DNA from: Octopus vulgaris
Lineage: Eukaryota
Length of the DNA: 64,000 bases
NCBI GenBank assembly: GCA_951406725.2
Contig: OX597827.1
Coordinates: forward strand, 57,536,001 to 57,600,000
Direction of reading: 5' to 3'
Position 1 is the first letter of the stretch, and each line of letters begins with the position of its first letter. This document shows positions 1 through 11,888 of this stretch, in pieces. Below the pieces are notes generated by a model. That model searched no databases, had not been told where the DNA came from, and worked only from the letters and a program-made list of their open reading frames with translations. Position numbers and translations under genes: made by a program.

Positions 1-1475
1 TTTAGCCATAACATCTATTTTTAGCTCGGGGAAAATTTTCGAAAAACTTTTGGGGAAAATTTTCGATGGAAATTTTCGAAAAATTTTTGGGTAAAATTTG
101 TGGTGAAAATTTTCGAAAATTTTTGGGTAAAATTTCCAATGAAAATTTTCGGAAACCCATATAACGAATATGCTCCATATGCTGATGTCTATAAACGTCG
201 ATATGGTCATAGTTGTTAAGTGTAAAGTAGAATCTGGTGTATTGTTGATCGTGAGGCATCTTAACTGTAATATTAAACCAGAATTCACTCTATACAAAGA
301 AAGCAGCAGAAGCAGCCACCTAAAATTCTATTTTTAGCCATAACATCTATTTTTAGCTCGGGGAAAATTTTCGAAAAATTTTTGGGGAAAATTTTTGAAA
401 AGTTTTTGGGTAAAATTTTCGATAATTTTGGCACCACTGGCTTTCCATACTTTGTGATTTTGGCAGCGCTATCTTTCCATACTTTATGATTTCGACACCG
501 CTAGGTATCCATACTTTGGGATGTTGGCACCACTGATTTTCCATACTTTGGGGAAAATTTTTGTTGAAAATTTTCGTAAAATTATTGGGTAAAATTTTCT
601 AAAATTTTTTGGGAAAATTTTCTAAAAATTTTTTGAGAAAATTTTCGGCAAAAATGTTCCAAAAATTTTCGTAAAATTTTTGGGGAAAATTTTCCAAATA
701 TTTTTAGGTAAAATTTTCGGTGAAAATTTTCTAAAAATTTTTGGGTAAAATTTTTGGTGAAAATTTTAGAAAGATTTTTGGTGAAAATTTTGGAAAAATT
801 TTTGGGTAAAATTTTCAGGTAAAATTTTTGGTGATTTAGGCACCATTGGTCTTCCATACTTTATGATTTTGGCACCTCTTGCCTTCCATACTTTGTGATT
901 TTGGCACCGCTGGCTTTCCATACTTTGTGATTTTGGCAGCGCTATCTTTCCATACTTTATGATTTCGACACCGCTAGGTATCCATACTTTGGGATGTTGG
1001 CACCACTGATTTTCCATACTTTGGGGAAAATTTTTGTTGAAAATTTTCGTAAAATTATTGGGTAAAATTTTCAGCAAAAATGTTCGAAAAATTTTTGCGG
1101 AAAATCTTCGTAAAATTTTTGGGAAAAATTTTCTGTGAAAATTTTCCAAAAATTTTTAGGTAAAATTTTCTAAAAATTTTCTGGTAAAATTTTTGGTAAA
1201 AATTTTACAAAGATTTTTAGGTAAAATTTTGGAAAAATTTCTGGGTAAATTTTCGAAAAATTTTGGGGTAAAATTTTCGGTGATTTTGGCACCATTGGTC
1301 TTCCATACTTTATGATTTTGGCACCTCTGGCCTTCCATACTTTGTAATTTTGGCACCGCTGGCTTTCCATACTTTGTAATTTTGGCACCGCTGGCTTTCC
1401 ATACTTTGGGGAAAAATCTTTGGGTAAATTTATTGTTGAAAATTTCTGTAAAATTTTCGATGGGGAAAACTATTT
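1..1475. repeat. Complex satellite: AAAATTTT-rich low-complexity blocks alternating with tandem ~32-bp units (TGATTTTGGCACCGCTGGCTTTCCATACTTTG-like); higher-order duplication (~428-600 repeated at ~901-1070; 1-30 repeated at 333-362)
   Basis: Repeated units read directly at ~424-550, ~832-1025 and ~1282-1410; the ORF-track peptides here are low-complexity repeats. Confidence 0.9.
152..259 (-). pseudogene. Fragment resembling the N-terminus of a CRESS-DNA virus (circovirus-like) Rep, with RCR motif I
   Basis: MPHDQQYTRFYFTLNNYDHIDVYRHQHMEHIRYMGF; FTLNNY is the classical Rep motif I; the frame runs into satellite sequence after YMGF; TAATATTAC at 275-267 on the same strand. Confidence 0.5.
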
Positions 1476-2134
1476 TTTTCAAGTATAATATATCTGATGG
1501 TGTTTCATTAGATTACATATTTTTACAGCTGCATGTCCTGTCTAACTGCTATGCACCAAACAATGGTGATACAACTGACAAATCTATCCAGATTAAAATC
1601 ATATAAATATCTGAAATGAATCGATGTTGTTCATTAAGATTATAAATTTTCAGGCTATTAACCTTTCTTTTGAGATGAAAAATCTTTCGTCTATAAATAT
1701 GAGATCAATAGTCTGCAAAATACTAATCTTATTACTTGGTCATTAGTACTTGTAGCAGAGCCTAAGCTCACTGGAAGTCTCACTGTCTGCTTGCTGCTTG
1801 ACAAATATTTATCAGTTCAATTTTTCATATGATTACAGCAGTGGGATATTCCGCTCTGTGGTAATTGCTCACAGTAATCTCAATAGAGCTGTTGAACGTT
1901 AAGTAGTGTTTTGACTGTGAACACAATGCAGTGCTAATGAGAAGCTATGAATTGCTATCCTCTCAGCTGGTCATCACAGCTCTCAATAGCTTTGATGAAG
2001 ACTGAGAAAATTCTGAATTATTTGTACCAGAACATTTCACCTCTTTTCAAAGCGTACTCCTCTTCAGAATAATTGCTCTGGGAGACCATCAACCAATAGA
2101 TTAAAAATGAAAGAAATAGATTGTAAATTAGATA

Positions 2135-2600
2135 TCATCATCGTCATCATCATCATCATTTAATGTCTGCTTTCCATGTTGGCATGGGTTGGATGGTTTG
2201 ACAGGAGCTGGCAAGCCAAAGGGTTGCATTGGGCTCCACTATCATCTTTGGCATGGTTTCTACGACTATATTCCCTTCATCATCATCATCATCAATACCT
2301 ACCACTTTACAGAGTGCCCTGGGTGCTTTTTACATGGCACCATCATCGGTTAGATCACCAAGAAACTTGCAACACAAAGACCCCTTCAACTGAGAAGTAG
2401 GAGATTATCTGTGCCAATTGACGAGAAGTTAAAATGTGATAGAGGGACAGAAACAGGTGTCTTGTTGTAGAGGAGATACATGGCTGCCCCAGCTTGAGGA
2501 GAGAGAGGTGGAGTGAAGATGGTGATGAAGGTGTGTTGGGGTATAGCCTCAGGGTACAGGAAGGTGAATATAAGTGAAGTGGTACATTTCACTTATATTG
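2135..2600 (-). mobile_element. Interspersed retroposon family with (GAT)n tail; related copies at ~6380-6720 (+), 25460-25660 (+), 26800-27140 (-), 34930-35095 (+), 54595-54910 (-), 55290-55510 (+)
   Basis: Shared GGCGTTAGGAAGGGCATCC...CCCATGCTAGCATGGAAA...GTTAAA(CGATGAT)n consensus in many copies. Confidence 0.7.
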
Positions 2601-2693
2601 ATGATGATGATGATACAAAGGATCGGACAGGGTGAGTGGGTAGGGAGTTCACAAGTGTGCTGTATATATCTGTTGGAAATAAATGAATATGTA

Positions 2694-2761
<68 letters not shown>

Positions 2762-3547
2762 CACACACACATATATGTTTGTATATATGTTTGCATATGT
2801 TTATGTGAATATATTTGTAATTATGTATGCATGTGCTTATTGTCATAAAGAAATATATAATAGGTAATAGGTTATAGCAAGGTTTCAAATTTTGGCACAA
2901 GATCAGCAACTTCAAGGGAGGGAGCTAGCTGATTACATGAACCCCAGTACTAAACTGGTACTTAGTTTATCAACCCCAAAGAGATAAAAGGTAATGTTGA
3001 CCTCAGCAGAATTTGAACTCTGAAATGCTGCTAAAGCATTTTTCTTGACATGCTAACAATTCTGCCAGCTTGCCACCTTATGCCATTAGATAATATTGAC
3101 ATCTGTTTTGGAGATGTTGGCTAGAAGCATAAATTGTACTGTATTTTTCTAACTTCCTCCCAGTTGAAGGATTTCTCTCTAGAAAGGTGTGTATATATAA
3201 ACAATATATATGTGTGTATATATAAACAATAGTCTTCTTTCAGTTTCCATCTATGAAATCCGTTCAAGGCATTGGTCCCCCCAGGGCTATAATAGAAGAT
3301 ACATGCCCAAGGTGTCTCACAGTGTGATTGAACCTAAGACCACATAGTTGGAAAGCAAGCTTCCTAACCACACAACCATGCCTGCACTTATTACTTTAAA
3401 ATGTTAAAAAAAAAAAAGGAAAAACGGTCTTCATTAGAATGACTTTGATCTTTGGTTTGTCCAATCAACACAGACTTGCAACTAAATAACAACAACAAGA
3501 GCAACTAAATATTTCTTGGTTTTATGTTTGTCTTGTTTCTTTTTCAG

Positions 3548-3682
3548 ATACTCCAAATTTATTTATGGTTGAATCAGTAAATTCCACAAAGTTAGCAAAT
3601 TCTTTGAACCAGTCCTGCAGCAAATACCAATCCCTTGTGCCTCTCCATGTGATGGTTCAAATAAATACAAGTGCAGAGGAAA
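3548..3682 (+). CDS. PLPBP: Pyridoxal phosphate homeostasis protein (PLPBP/PROSC, YggS family), internal exon; upstream exons not found in window
   Basis: tttcag|ATACT...GAAA|gtgagt; TPNLFMVESVNSTKLANSLNQS...LHVMVQINTSAEE matches the PROSC PNLFMLETVDS...VMVQINTSGEE segment. Confidence 0.93.
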
Positions 3683-4132
3683 GTGAGTTGGTTTCCTTCA
3701 AACCCCTTATCAAATCCAGTAGAGCTCAGAATTTAGAATGAAAAGCTTCAAATAGATAGGATAACTTTTGGCTTGATTGTTTTTATCATCATTTGGTAAC
3801 CTCAGTAAAACAGAACTTACTAATGCTCAGTATAGTAATGCAGGATGATGAGCTCTTACCCTGAGCTCATAATTTTGCATTAACACATCAAGGTCCTACA
3901 CCTTTTGGTACCTCAGTCCTGTAATATGTTTAATTCAAAACAATGTAAACAAACATTCTATTTGACAGAATAAACCATCAGCTACAGGGTTAAATGCACA
4001 AATAATGTATTGTTGGAATTGTTACATGTGCTACTTGCAACTTACTTCAAACACCACTGAGTTTGACAGACTTACTTTCAGAATTATTCTTTGTTAAGAA
4101 GGCTAACAAGTAATTCTCATTTGACAACATTT

Positions 4133-4530
4133 ACTCTCTTTTACTTGTTTCAGTCATTTGACTGCGGCCATGCTGGAGCACCGCCTTTAATCGAGCAACT
4201 CGACCCCAGGACTTATTCTTTTGTAAGCCCAGTACTTATTTTATCGGTCTCTTTTGCCGAACCGCTAAGTAACGGGGATGTAAACACACCAGCATCAGTT
4301 GTCAAGCAATGCTAGGGGGACAAACACAGACACACAAACATACACGCACACACACATATATATACATACATATATACGACGGGCTTCTTTCAGTTTTCGT
4401 CTACCAGATCCACTCACAAGGCATTGGTCGGCCCGGGGCTATAGCAGAAGACACTTGCCCAAGGTGCCACGCAGTGGGACTGAACCCGGAACCATGTGGT
4501 TGGATAGCAAGCTACTTACCACACAGCCAC
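4133..4530 (-). mobile_element. tRNA-derived SINE, family A (CORE-like ACCTTGGGCAAGT segment, internal (TA)n/(TG)n)
   Basis: Minus strand begins GTGGCTGTGTGGTAAG (A box) ...GGTTCAGTCCC (B box); other copies at ~3231-3385, 5198-5560, 12035-12165, 13248-13375, 15481-15833, 29645-30028, 30860-30975, 32845-32995, 40893-41297, 41645-41760, 43520-43860, 54360-54490, 55870-56090, 56345-56690. Confidence 0.85.
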
Positions 4531-4776
4531 ATGGTTTACAAATTTTTTTTTGCTCACTGCCGAACATTCAGACATAACTGATTGGTTGATTAACCCAATA
4601 ATTAATCAAACAGTCAATTGGTTAGTTAGTCAAATAGTTTTACCAATTATAATTGAATAATAAAGAAGTGAAACTGATTCAGTGAATGTGTTTATTATTG
4701 TTGACATACCGAGTATTACTTCTTTTTACACCAATGCTAAAATATCTTCAGCATTTTTCAATGTTAATGCTTTCAG

Positions 4777-4919
4777 ATAAAAGTGGTTGTCATCCAGATG
4801 AGGTTAAAGAAATTGTGGAATTTGTCATTAACCAGTGTCCCAACTTGAAGTTCTGTGGCTTGATGACGATCGGTTCATTCAATCATGATCTCAGTAAAGG
4901 CCCAAACCCAGATTTCCAG
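4777..4919 (+). CDS. PLPBP: PLPBP/PROSC internal exon
   Basis: tttcag|ATAAAAGT...TTCCAG|gtatgc; [47 protein letters not shown]; phase matches the previous exon. Confidence 0.95.
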
Positions 4920-5051
4920 GTATGCATTGACCTGCTGAATAGAATGTTTGTTATATTCTTGATTTTAGTTTTTCGTTAGTATCTCCTGTTTTCTTCCAGA
5001 TTGAGCTGCACCATGGGAATGATATTGAATTTTTATTTATGCTAAGCAGGC

Positions 5052-5197
5052 AAGCTGGTGGAAACAGCATTGAGAAAAGCTGGTAGAGAAGGCGTTGAGA
5101 AAAGATGGTAGAAAAGGCGTTGAGAAAAGCTGGTGGAAAAAAGCATTGAGAAAAGATGGTAGAGTTCAAAGTTGAGAAAAGCTGATGGAAAAAGCAT
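5052..5197. repeat. Minisatellite, ~6 x 24-25 bp (TTGAGAAAAGCTGGTAGAAAAGGCG-like)
   Basis: Tandem units read directly. Confidence 0.85.
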
Positions 5198-5560
5198 TAC
5201 TCTTTTACTTGTTTCAGTCATTTGACTGTGGCTATGCTGGAGCACTGCCTTTAGTCGAGCAAATCGACCCCAGGACTTATTCTTTGTAAGCCTAGTACTT
5301 ACTCTATTGGTCTCTTTTTGCTGAACCGCTAAGTTACAGGGACGTAAACACACCACCATCGGTTGTCAAGCAATATTGGGGAGACAAACACATAAACACA
5401 CACACATACATATACATATATCTACATATATACGACAGGCTTCTTTCAGTTTCTGTCTACCAAATCCACGCACAAGGCTTTGGTCGGCCCAAGGCTATAG
5501 TTGAAGACACTTGCCCAAGGTGCCACTCAGTAGGAATGAACCCGAAACCATGAGGTTGTT
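5198..5560 (-). mobile_element. tRNA-derived SINE family A copy
   Basis: Closely similar to 4133-4530. Confidence 0.85.
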
Positions 5561-6237
5561 AATCTATGTGTTATTTTATTTTTAAATCTATATGCAAATT
5601 TATTCATATGTCTACTGTAAAAGTAAATGTCAGTCTGTTTCTACATTCATTGCAATTCCATTTCAACACCAACACTCCTAAGGGTTATATTCTCTGGGAA
5701 CACACAAAAGCCCTTTTCAGAGTTATTTACTTTGAATTGTTTATTATGTCATATCTTGTTATTACATAACATGCTTCACAATTTTGGTATACATACCTTA
5801 TTGGTATTTCCTCCTAAGTTCTATATTCTCTGGGAACGCATTAAAGCCCTTTTTGGGGCTACTTTATTTGAGTTCTTACTATCGTGTAACTAATTTCATG
5901 TTATTATGTAATTGACTTCATGATTTGGGTATTCATAACTTATTGAGTTTTCCTCAAGACAAGATCCTATGTAAGACAGTTTGGTATTCTCTGTAAATGC
6001 ACAAAAACTGTTTTAAGGGCTACATACTTTGCATTGTTGTTATTGGATTATTGAAACAATTATGAGAATGGAACCAAGGGATAAGCCCCGCTTTTCCGGG
6101 TATTACTGGGTACATCAGCTAGTAATAAATATATATATATATATATGTATGTATATATATATATGTGCACCAGAACGGGCGAAATGAATTCTTTGATTTT
6201 AATTTAACATAATTTTTGTTTTATTTGTCCTCTACAG

Positions 6238-6336
6238 AAATTAATCTCCTGCAAAGATGAAGTTTGTGAACATTTTCAAATGTCTCCTGAGGAAGTTGAA
6301 TTAAGTATGGGAATGTCAAATGATTTTGAACATGCA
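6238..6336 (+). CDS. PLPBP: PLPBP/PROSC internal exon (ELSMGMS motif)
   Basis: ctacag|AAATTA...CATGCA|gtaagt; KLISCKDEVCEHFQMSPEEVELSMGMSNDFEHA. Confidence 0.95.
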
Positions 6337-6795
6337 GTAAGTTCTATAGTTCAACTCTTTCTAATATTTAATTCTATGCAATCTGGCTTGGCAACCATGT
6401 ACCTCTTCCACAGCAAGACACCTGTTTCTGTCTCACTATAACCTGTTATCATCTGACACAAGATCATCTCCTCCAATGCCCCGTCCTCTCTCAAAGGATC
6501 TTTGTCTTGCGAGTTACTTATTGACCCTGTCAGTGCTGATGCCACATAAAAAGCACTCAGTCCACTCTGTTGGGTGGTTGGTGTTAGGAAGGGCATCTAG
6601 TGGTAAAAACCCTGCCAAAACAGACTCAGATGTCTGGTGCAGGCTGCTGCCTGGCCAGCTCCTGTCAAACCATCCAACCTATGCCAGCATGGAAGGCAGA
6701 TGTTGAATGATGATAATGATGCTGATAGCAAAGCTTGTAAGCATTGGCTCAGACTAATGAACCAACTTCTCTGTTAGCTTTCAGTAATGTTTTAA

Positions 6796-7015
6796 CCCTT
6801 TTGTTACTGTATTTATTTTGAGAAGCTCTGTGTTTCTTTCAATTACTTTAAATATAACAAAGAATTTAGTAAAACAACTTAGTTATCATTAAGCTAGTAT
6901 TAGGAACATAAATTGTGACTAAGGTTTGGTGGACGATTTTAATTCCAAACTTATGAAAACAAGATATTTGTACTCAGATCCAGAACTGGTTTCAGCCGAG
7001 TTGGTAATGAAAGGA
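6796..7015. mobile_element. piggyBac-like MITE (TTAA target, CCCT termini)
   Basis: TTAA|CCCTTTTGTTAC ... GTAATGAAAGGA|TTAA; same family at 10733-10954, 35336-35552 (reverse orientation), and partial at ~10281-10430, 14627-14700, 26525-26780, 30311-30540. Confidence 0.75.
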
Positions 7016-8404
7016 TTAAACACACACATACACATACTCATTTCTCTCTCTCTCTTTCTCTCTCTCATTCACTCACTCACTCACAAGTTCATACATGCAT
7101 GGAAATATATATATATATATTTAAGAAGTCACTCATATATTGATATAATCATACAGCGTAACATATACACTCAGATGCAAGCTTACATACTCACATATAC
7201 ATACACAATCATACATTTATACAAAGATTAATACAGTCACTCTCTTTCTCTATCCCCCTCCCTCTCCCCCCTCCTTGTCTGTGTAAAGACTTGAGGTTTA
7301 TTAGTAACTAGCTTAAAAGCTGCCTCCCATGCAAACTTCTAAGCTATCTCCTGTCGAGTGCTAATTGGACCTGCTGCCTAAAACTGAGGAGAGCTGAATA
7401 GCATCACTATAATACATCTATAATGACTGTATGCTCCGGTGGTGTTTGATCAGAGGTTAAAGGACAGATGAGCATTAATTCTGTAATGCAATGATTCTAT
7501 TATTCTGTCCCAGTTTGAATCCCGACTGTTGGCCAATTTGTCTCAAAGTTCTTATCGCGACGTAAAATTAACGAAGTGAATGTCATTTATCTCCCCCGTG
7601 ATCTCTGACGTCATCTGACAAATGCCAACCCAAGATGGCATGAATTAGCCAAACTTTACCTGCTAGAAATAACAACCCAAATGCTTTTAAATCAGATACC
7701 AATGCTAGATGTTCAAGAACTAAACAAAGGGCAGGTTTTAAATCCCGGGATCATCCTGATTCCAAAATGTCTATGTTGAGCAAATATTGACTGAGATATA
7801 GAGATAGACAGAATTTCGCATTTATTATCTAGTATATATAAATCTCAGTGTGTGTGTGTGTATATTGACTAATGCATACATTTTCACATTTCTCAACCGA
7901 TTTTCACCAAACTTTACATACTTATGTGCCAAGGATGGTCATGCACTATAACATTTTGCCCAGAGCTACTGTGTAAATGGAAAAACTGTGGTTTACACAT
8001 GTTTTTCTCTAATTCATTGTATGTACATAGTTTTTTAGTATGTAGGGTCTTTTAATCTATATGGTTGTATATTGGCATTAGAGAATATTTTTTAGTAGTT
8101 TTCACATTTTTTGATTTATTATTTATATGCTGTAATTGTATATTATTATTTTCTATATTTTTATATGTGTATTGGTATTGTTTTAGGGTTTTGGTTAGAG
8201 AATATTATAAAAGTGAAATGATTTTTTTTATTTATTTCAACTGTTTTCCATACTTTTTTCATCTATATGGTCCTATATTTGCATTATAGAATAGTTTTTA
8301 GTTGCTTACATATTTTTTTGATTTATTATTTATTTATATGTCAAACTGTCTGAAGGATGGGTGTGTTTGCTACTTAGTAATATAAATATTTTCTTATTTT
8401 ACAG

Positions 8405-8521
8405 ATTGAAGCAGGAAGCAGTAATGTTCGTGTGGGTAGCCTCATTTTTGGTGCTCGTTCATATCCTGCAAAAGCTCAAGGAGACAACCATCTCACAAAT
8501 AGTGATGAGAAACCAAAATGA
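8405..8521 (+). CDS. PLPBP: PLPBP/PROSC terminal coding exon
   Basis: ttacag|ATTGAAGCAGGA...AAATGA; IEAGSSNVRVGSLIFGARSYPAKAQGDNHLTNSDEKPK*; conserved GSxxVRxGSxIFGxR. Confidence 0.95.
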   Translation: MEAGSSNVRVGSLIFGARSYPAKAQGDNHLTNSDEKPK

Positions 8522-8777
8522 TAAACCTTAACTTAAGAAGTATTCTTTATTAAACTGTATGACTTAGAACTTTCCATTTGACTAAAGTAGGAAACAAGAA
8601 TCATTTTGAAATTCCCTAAAGAGATCTATAATTTACTTGCTACAACAACAACAATTAGATGATGGAATATTTAGTAGGAGTTTTTTTTTTTTAAATAATT
8701 TTTATCAACTGACATTGAAAATTGTGTGCTTTGATATTTAGATGTGCCATATTTATGTATGATATACACTTATGTTA

Positions 8778-9210
8778 GGGCAGCGAGCTGGCAAAATTGT
8801 TAGCATGCCGGGCGAAATGCTTAGCAGTATTTCGTTTGCCATTACGTTCTGAGTTCAAATTCCGCCGAGGTCGACTTTGCCTTCCATACTTTCGTGATCA
8901 ATATATTAAGTACCAGTTACGCACTGGGGTCAATATAATCGACTTAATACCTATGTCTGTCCTTGTTTGTCCCCTCTGTCTGTAGCCCCTTGTGGGCAGT
9001 AAAGAAATAAGAATCATAAGCATGCCAGGCAAAATGCTTAGCAGCATTCTATCCGTCTTTATGTTTTGAGTTCAAATTTCACCGAGGTCAACTTTACCTT
9101 TCATCCTTTTGAGGTTGATAAAATAAGTACCAGTTGAGTATTGTGGTTTATGTAATTGACTTACCCACTCCACTGAATTTGCTGGCCTTGTGCCAAAATT
9201 TGAAACCAAA
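8778..9210 (+). mobile_element. tRNA-derived SINE family B, two tandem copies (core GTCGACTTTGCCTTTCATCCTTTCGGGGTCGATAAATTAAGTACCAG, MetaSINE-like)
   Basis: GGCGAGCTGGCAGAA...GAGTTCAAATTCC head; other copies at ~2880-3080, 15340-15475, 16500-16700, 22245-22478, 24993-25222, 34636-34866, 45652-45860, 62040-62190, 63725-63915. Confidence 0.8.
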
Positions 9211-9654
9211 TATACCCCTATATCCTGATTTGAATAATTTAATACTAAGATTGTTCATTTTACACAAGAAATAATAGCTAGGTGCTAAAGTAATTGCAGA
9301 TTATTTTGGTATCTGTTTATGACAAAAACTGCAACTGTTTTAATGCCAACCTCTTCTGCATATCATTTATGGATGTAATGCACACAACAATATTTCTTGG
9401 AAAAGAACTCCAAAAGATTTAATTTGCAAGAGAGAAAGTATCTCTTGTTAAAAAAGGTATATTCTTTTCCAAGATGTCTTTCAAGAGAATTGGAGTGCGC
9501 CTTATGTATGAGTGTATATTATATATGAATAAATAGAGCTACTGTAAAATCTAAAATTGATGTTTTAAAGCCCCCTTCCCTGATGCATTTTTGATAGAAA
9601 TATTTTAGTAAATTTAAAGAAGTTATTTCAAATGGAAATTATGTCTATCAATAA

Positions 9655-10145
9655 CACTGTGTAACACGATTTTTGTCCTTGGGTAGCAACTATTATTTCT
9701 TATTTGCTTACCCCTAGAAATTATGAAAAATGGCTAATATTTCCTTCAAACTTTGCTTTTGCTATGCTATTTATTCAAACCCCAAAGAATCCCTCTCAAC
9801 AAATAGCTATAATAATCCCCAACAATTCCTGCTCATGATCAGAGATGCATATATTGTCAGCCACTAAGGGACAAGCTCAAGTGGTTACGGTCAAGCAACT
9901 GACAAACAAACCTGTGGTATTGAGCAGAATATTTGCTATAACAATATTTCTGCTTCAGCAACTCAATGCTAAATCTGTCTGCAATGTAATGGAAAATAAG
10001 TGAGTTTCAAAATATTGATGTCCAGATGACAAAAGCAAAGTTCGAAGGGAATAATAGTCATTCCCTTTGATTTTTAGATAGAAGCAAATAGGAAATAACA
10101 CTTACTGATCAAAGACAAAACAAAAATAATAATTTTGTTACAGTG
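9655..10145. mobile_element. Non-autonomous DNA element with CACTGT...ACAGTG termini; a second, interrupted copy lies at ~21080-21645
   Basis: Short terminal inverted repeat; internal sequence shared with 21080-21143 plus 21345-21645. Confidence 0.6.
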
Positions 10146-10732
10146 TCATTTTACAAATTACTAATACTAGTAGTGCTTAGAGTAGGGTACTTTGGCACTA
10201 ATAACTAATCAACTTATTTTATCTAATAGATCATGTAACCGCAGACAACATTTGCAACAAAAAACTCAAATTTGATAATTTAACTCTTGTTATCATATTT
10301 CTGTTGAAATACATTGCTTTTGTTTCAATTTATTTTGAAACTAATGAAGAATTTACTAAAATAACTTTATCATTATTAAGTTGGGCGTTTGGATCATAAA
10401 TTAACATGAAATTTTGATTGAAGATTTTTTTTTTTATTGTTATATGTAGGGATTGTCAAATTTTGCCAATTAAACACACACTATAAATTTGATCTTCCCT
10501 TTGGCTGTTTTGTTTCTATTTTCGTTTCTTTGTCAAAGCTCTTTTGTCACAAGTCCTGGACCTCTTCTTCTTATTCCATTTTGGAATATGCAGAACAAGA
10601 GGAGACACATGGGATAGAGAGTCACTGAAGAGGTCACAGGATGTGTGACGAAAGAGCTTTGACAAAGAAACAAAATAATAATAATAATATTAAAGCTGAA
10701 GTGAAGACTAAATATATAGTGCATATATTTAA

Positions 10733-10954
10733 CCCTTTTGTTACCATATTTCTTTTGAGATGCTCTGTGTTTCTTTCAATTAATTTTAAATATAACAAAG
10801 AATTTAGTAAAATAACTTAGTTATCATTAAACTAGTGTTAGGAACATAAATTTTGACTAAGGTTTGGTGGAAGATATAAATTTAGAACTTTTGAAAACAA
10901 GACATTTATACCACAGAGCCAGAGGCAGTTTCAGCTGGATTGGTAACAAAAGGG
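10733..10954. mobile_element. piggyBac-like MITE with intact TIRs
   Basis: TTAA|CCCTTTTGTTACCA ... TGGTAACAAAAGGG|TTAA. Confidence 0.8.
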
Positions 10955-11425
10955 TTAATTGACAAAATACAGCCATCCCCAGGTACAACAGTATCTTTCA
11001 ACACAGAATTTCACATCAAGAATCTTACAAAACAAATACATAAACAATTTTTATTTAGATTACTGTAAAAAGGAAATTTGTATTAGAGAACTCAGATGGG
11101 TTGACATCAAAAGGGTTTCACAGTTTGGCCACAGCCAAACATTGGTCTGTAAACATATTTCCTGTAGAAAAGATGCTGGGATGCTATCAACTTTTGCTGC
11201 TATTCTTCATTTGGAAGGTTTTGGTAAAACTGATGAATTTTTTTGATTGGAAATCACAAAAATTACCTTGTTCTAGAAAAGTTTATGTTTAAATTATTTT
11301 ATTGAATTTATTTTATTAACTATGATGGAAAATATTTTTAGCTTTGTTCTGTGTTTTTTATCCAGTTTTCAGAGTTTCACATTACCAGTTGGTGAAGATT
11401 TTTTGGTTTTTAATAAATGTTTATG

Positions 11426-11466
<41 letters not shown>

Positions 11467-11661
11467 GTAAAATAATATGTGACAATTATCCAATAGCCAA
11501 GATAAAACTCTGAGTTTTGGATGCTGAGGTGGAAATCCACAACACCATCTCTTCGGTTATCTGGTCATCTCTATATATATATATATTTTGTGTAATATTC
11601 CAGCATTCTAGTCTATTACAACATCTACAAGTAAACTGAACCATATGAAACATGTTATATT

Positions 11662-11888
11662 CAACTGTTTAGCATTCAGATTACTCTGACACATGTCAAG
11701 TTGATTTATTCACGTTATTTTGAATTAATTATGCATTATTTCATAGCTTTGAGATTTCAATAATGCAATTGTTTATTTTTAGAATGATATTGTAGTCTAG
11801 GTACAAGAAGCTAGATCTAGCTGGCTTTAACATCAAACAGATTGGATATTTTGGCTGAATATGTCCTGTTTAAATGCTAAAGGGTTAA
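11662..11888. mobile_element. Second TTAA-type MITE family (TAACCCTTTAGCATT...AATGCTAAAGGGTTAA); copies at ~20089-20314, 33834-34054, 63086-63210
   Basis: Terminal inverted repeats and shared internal sequence. Confidence 0.65.

Noticed and set aside
424-1410. 32-bp repeats as a CRISPR-like array
   Set aside because: Units are head-to-tail without unique spacers, the context is eukaryotic and there are no cas genes
353-1482. Minus-strand ORFs of 63-127 aa
   Set aside because: Translations of the satellite in several frames; no protein signal
1480-2130. Additional upstream PLPBP exons
   Set aside because: I saw no frame with the expected N-terminal motifs (VAVSK, FGENY, WHFIG); probably decayed repeat
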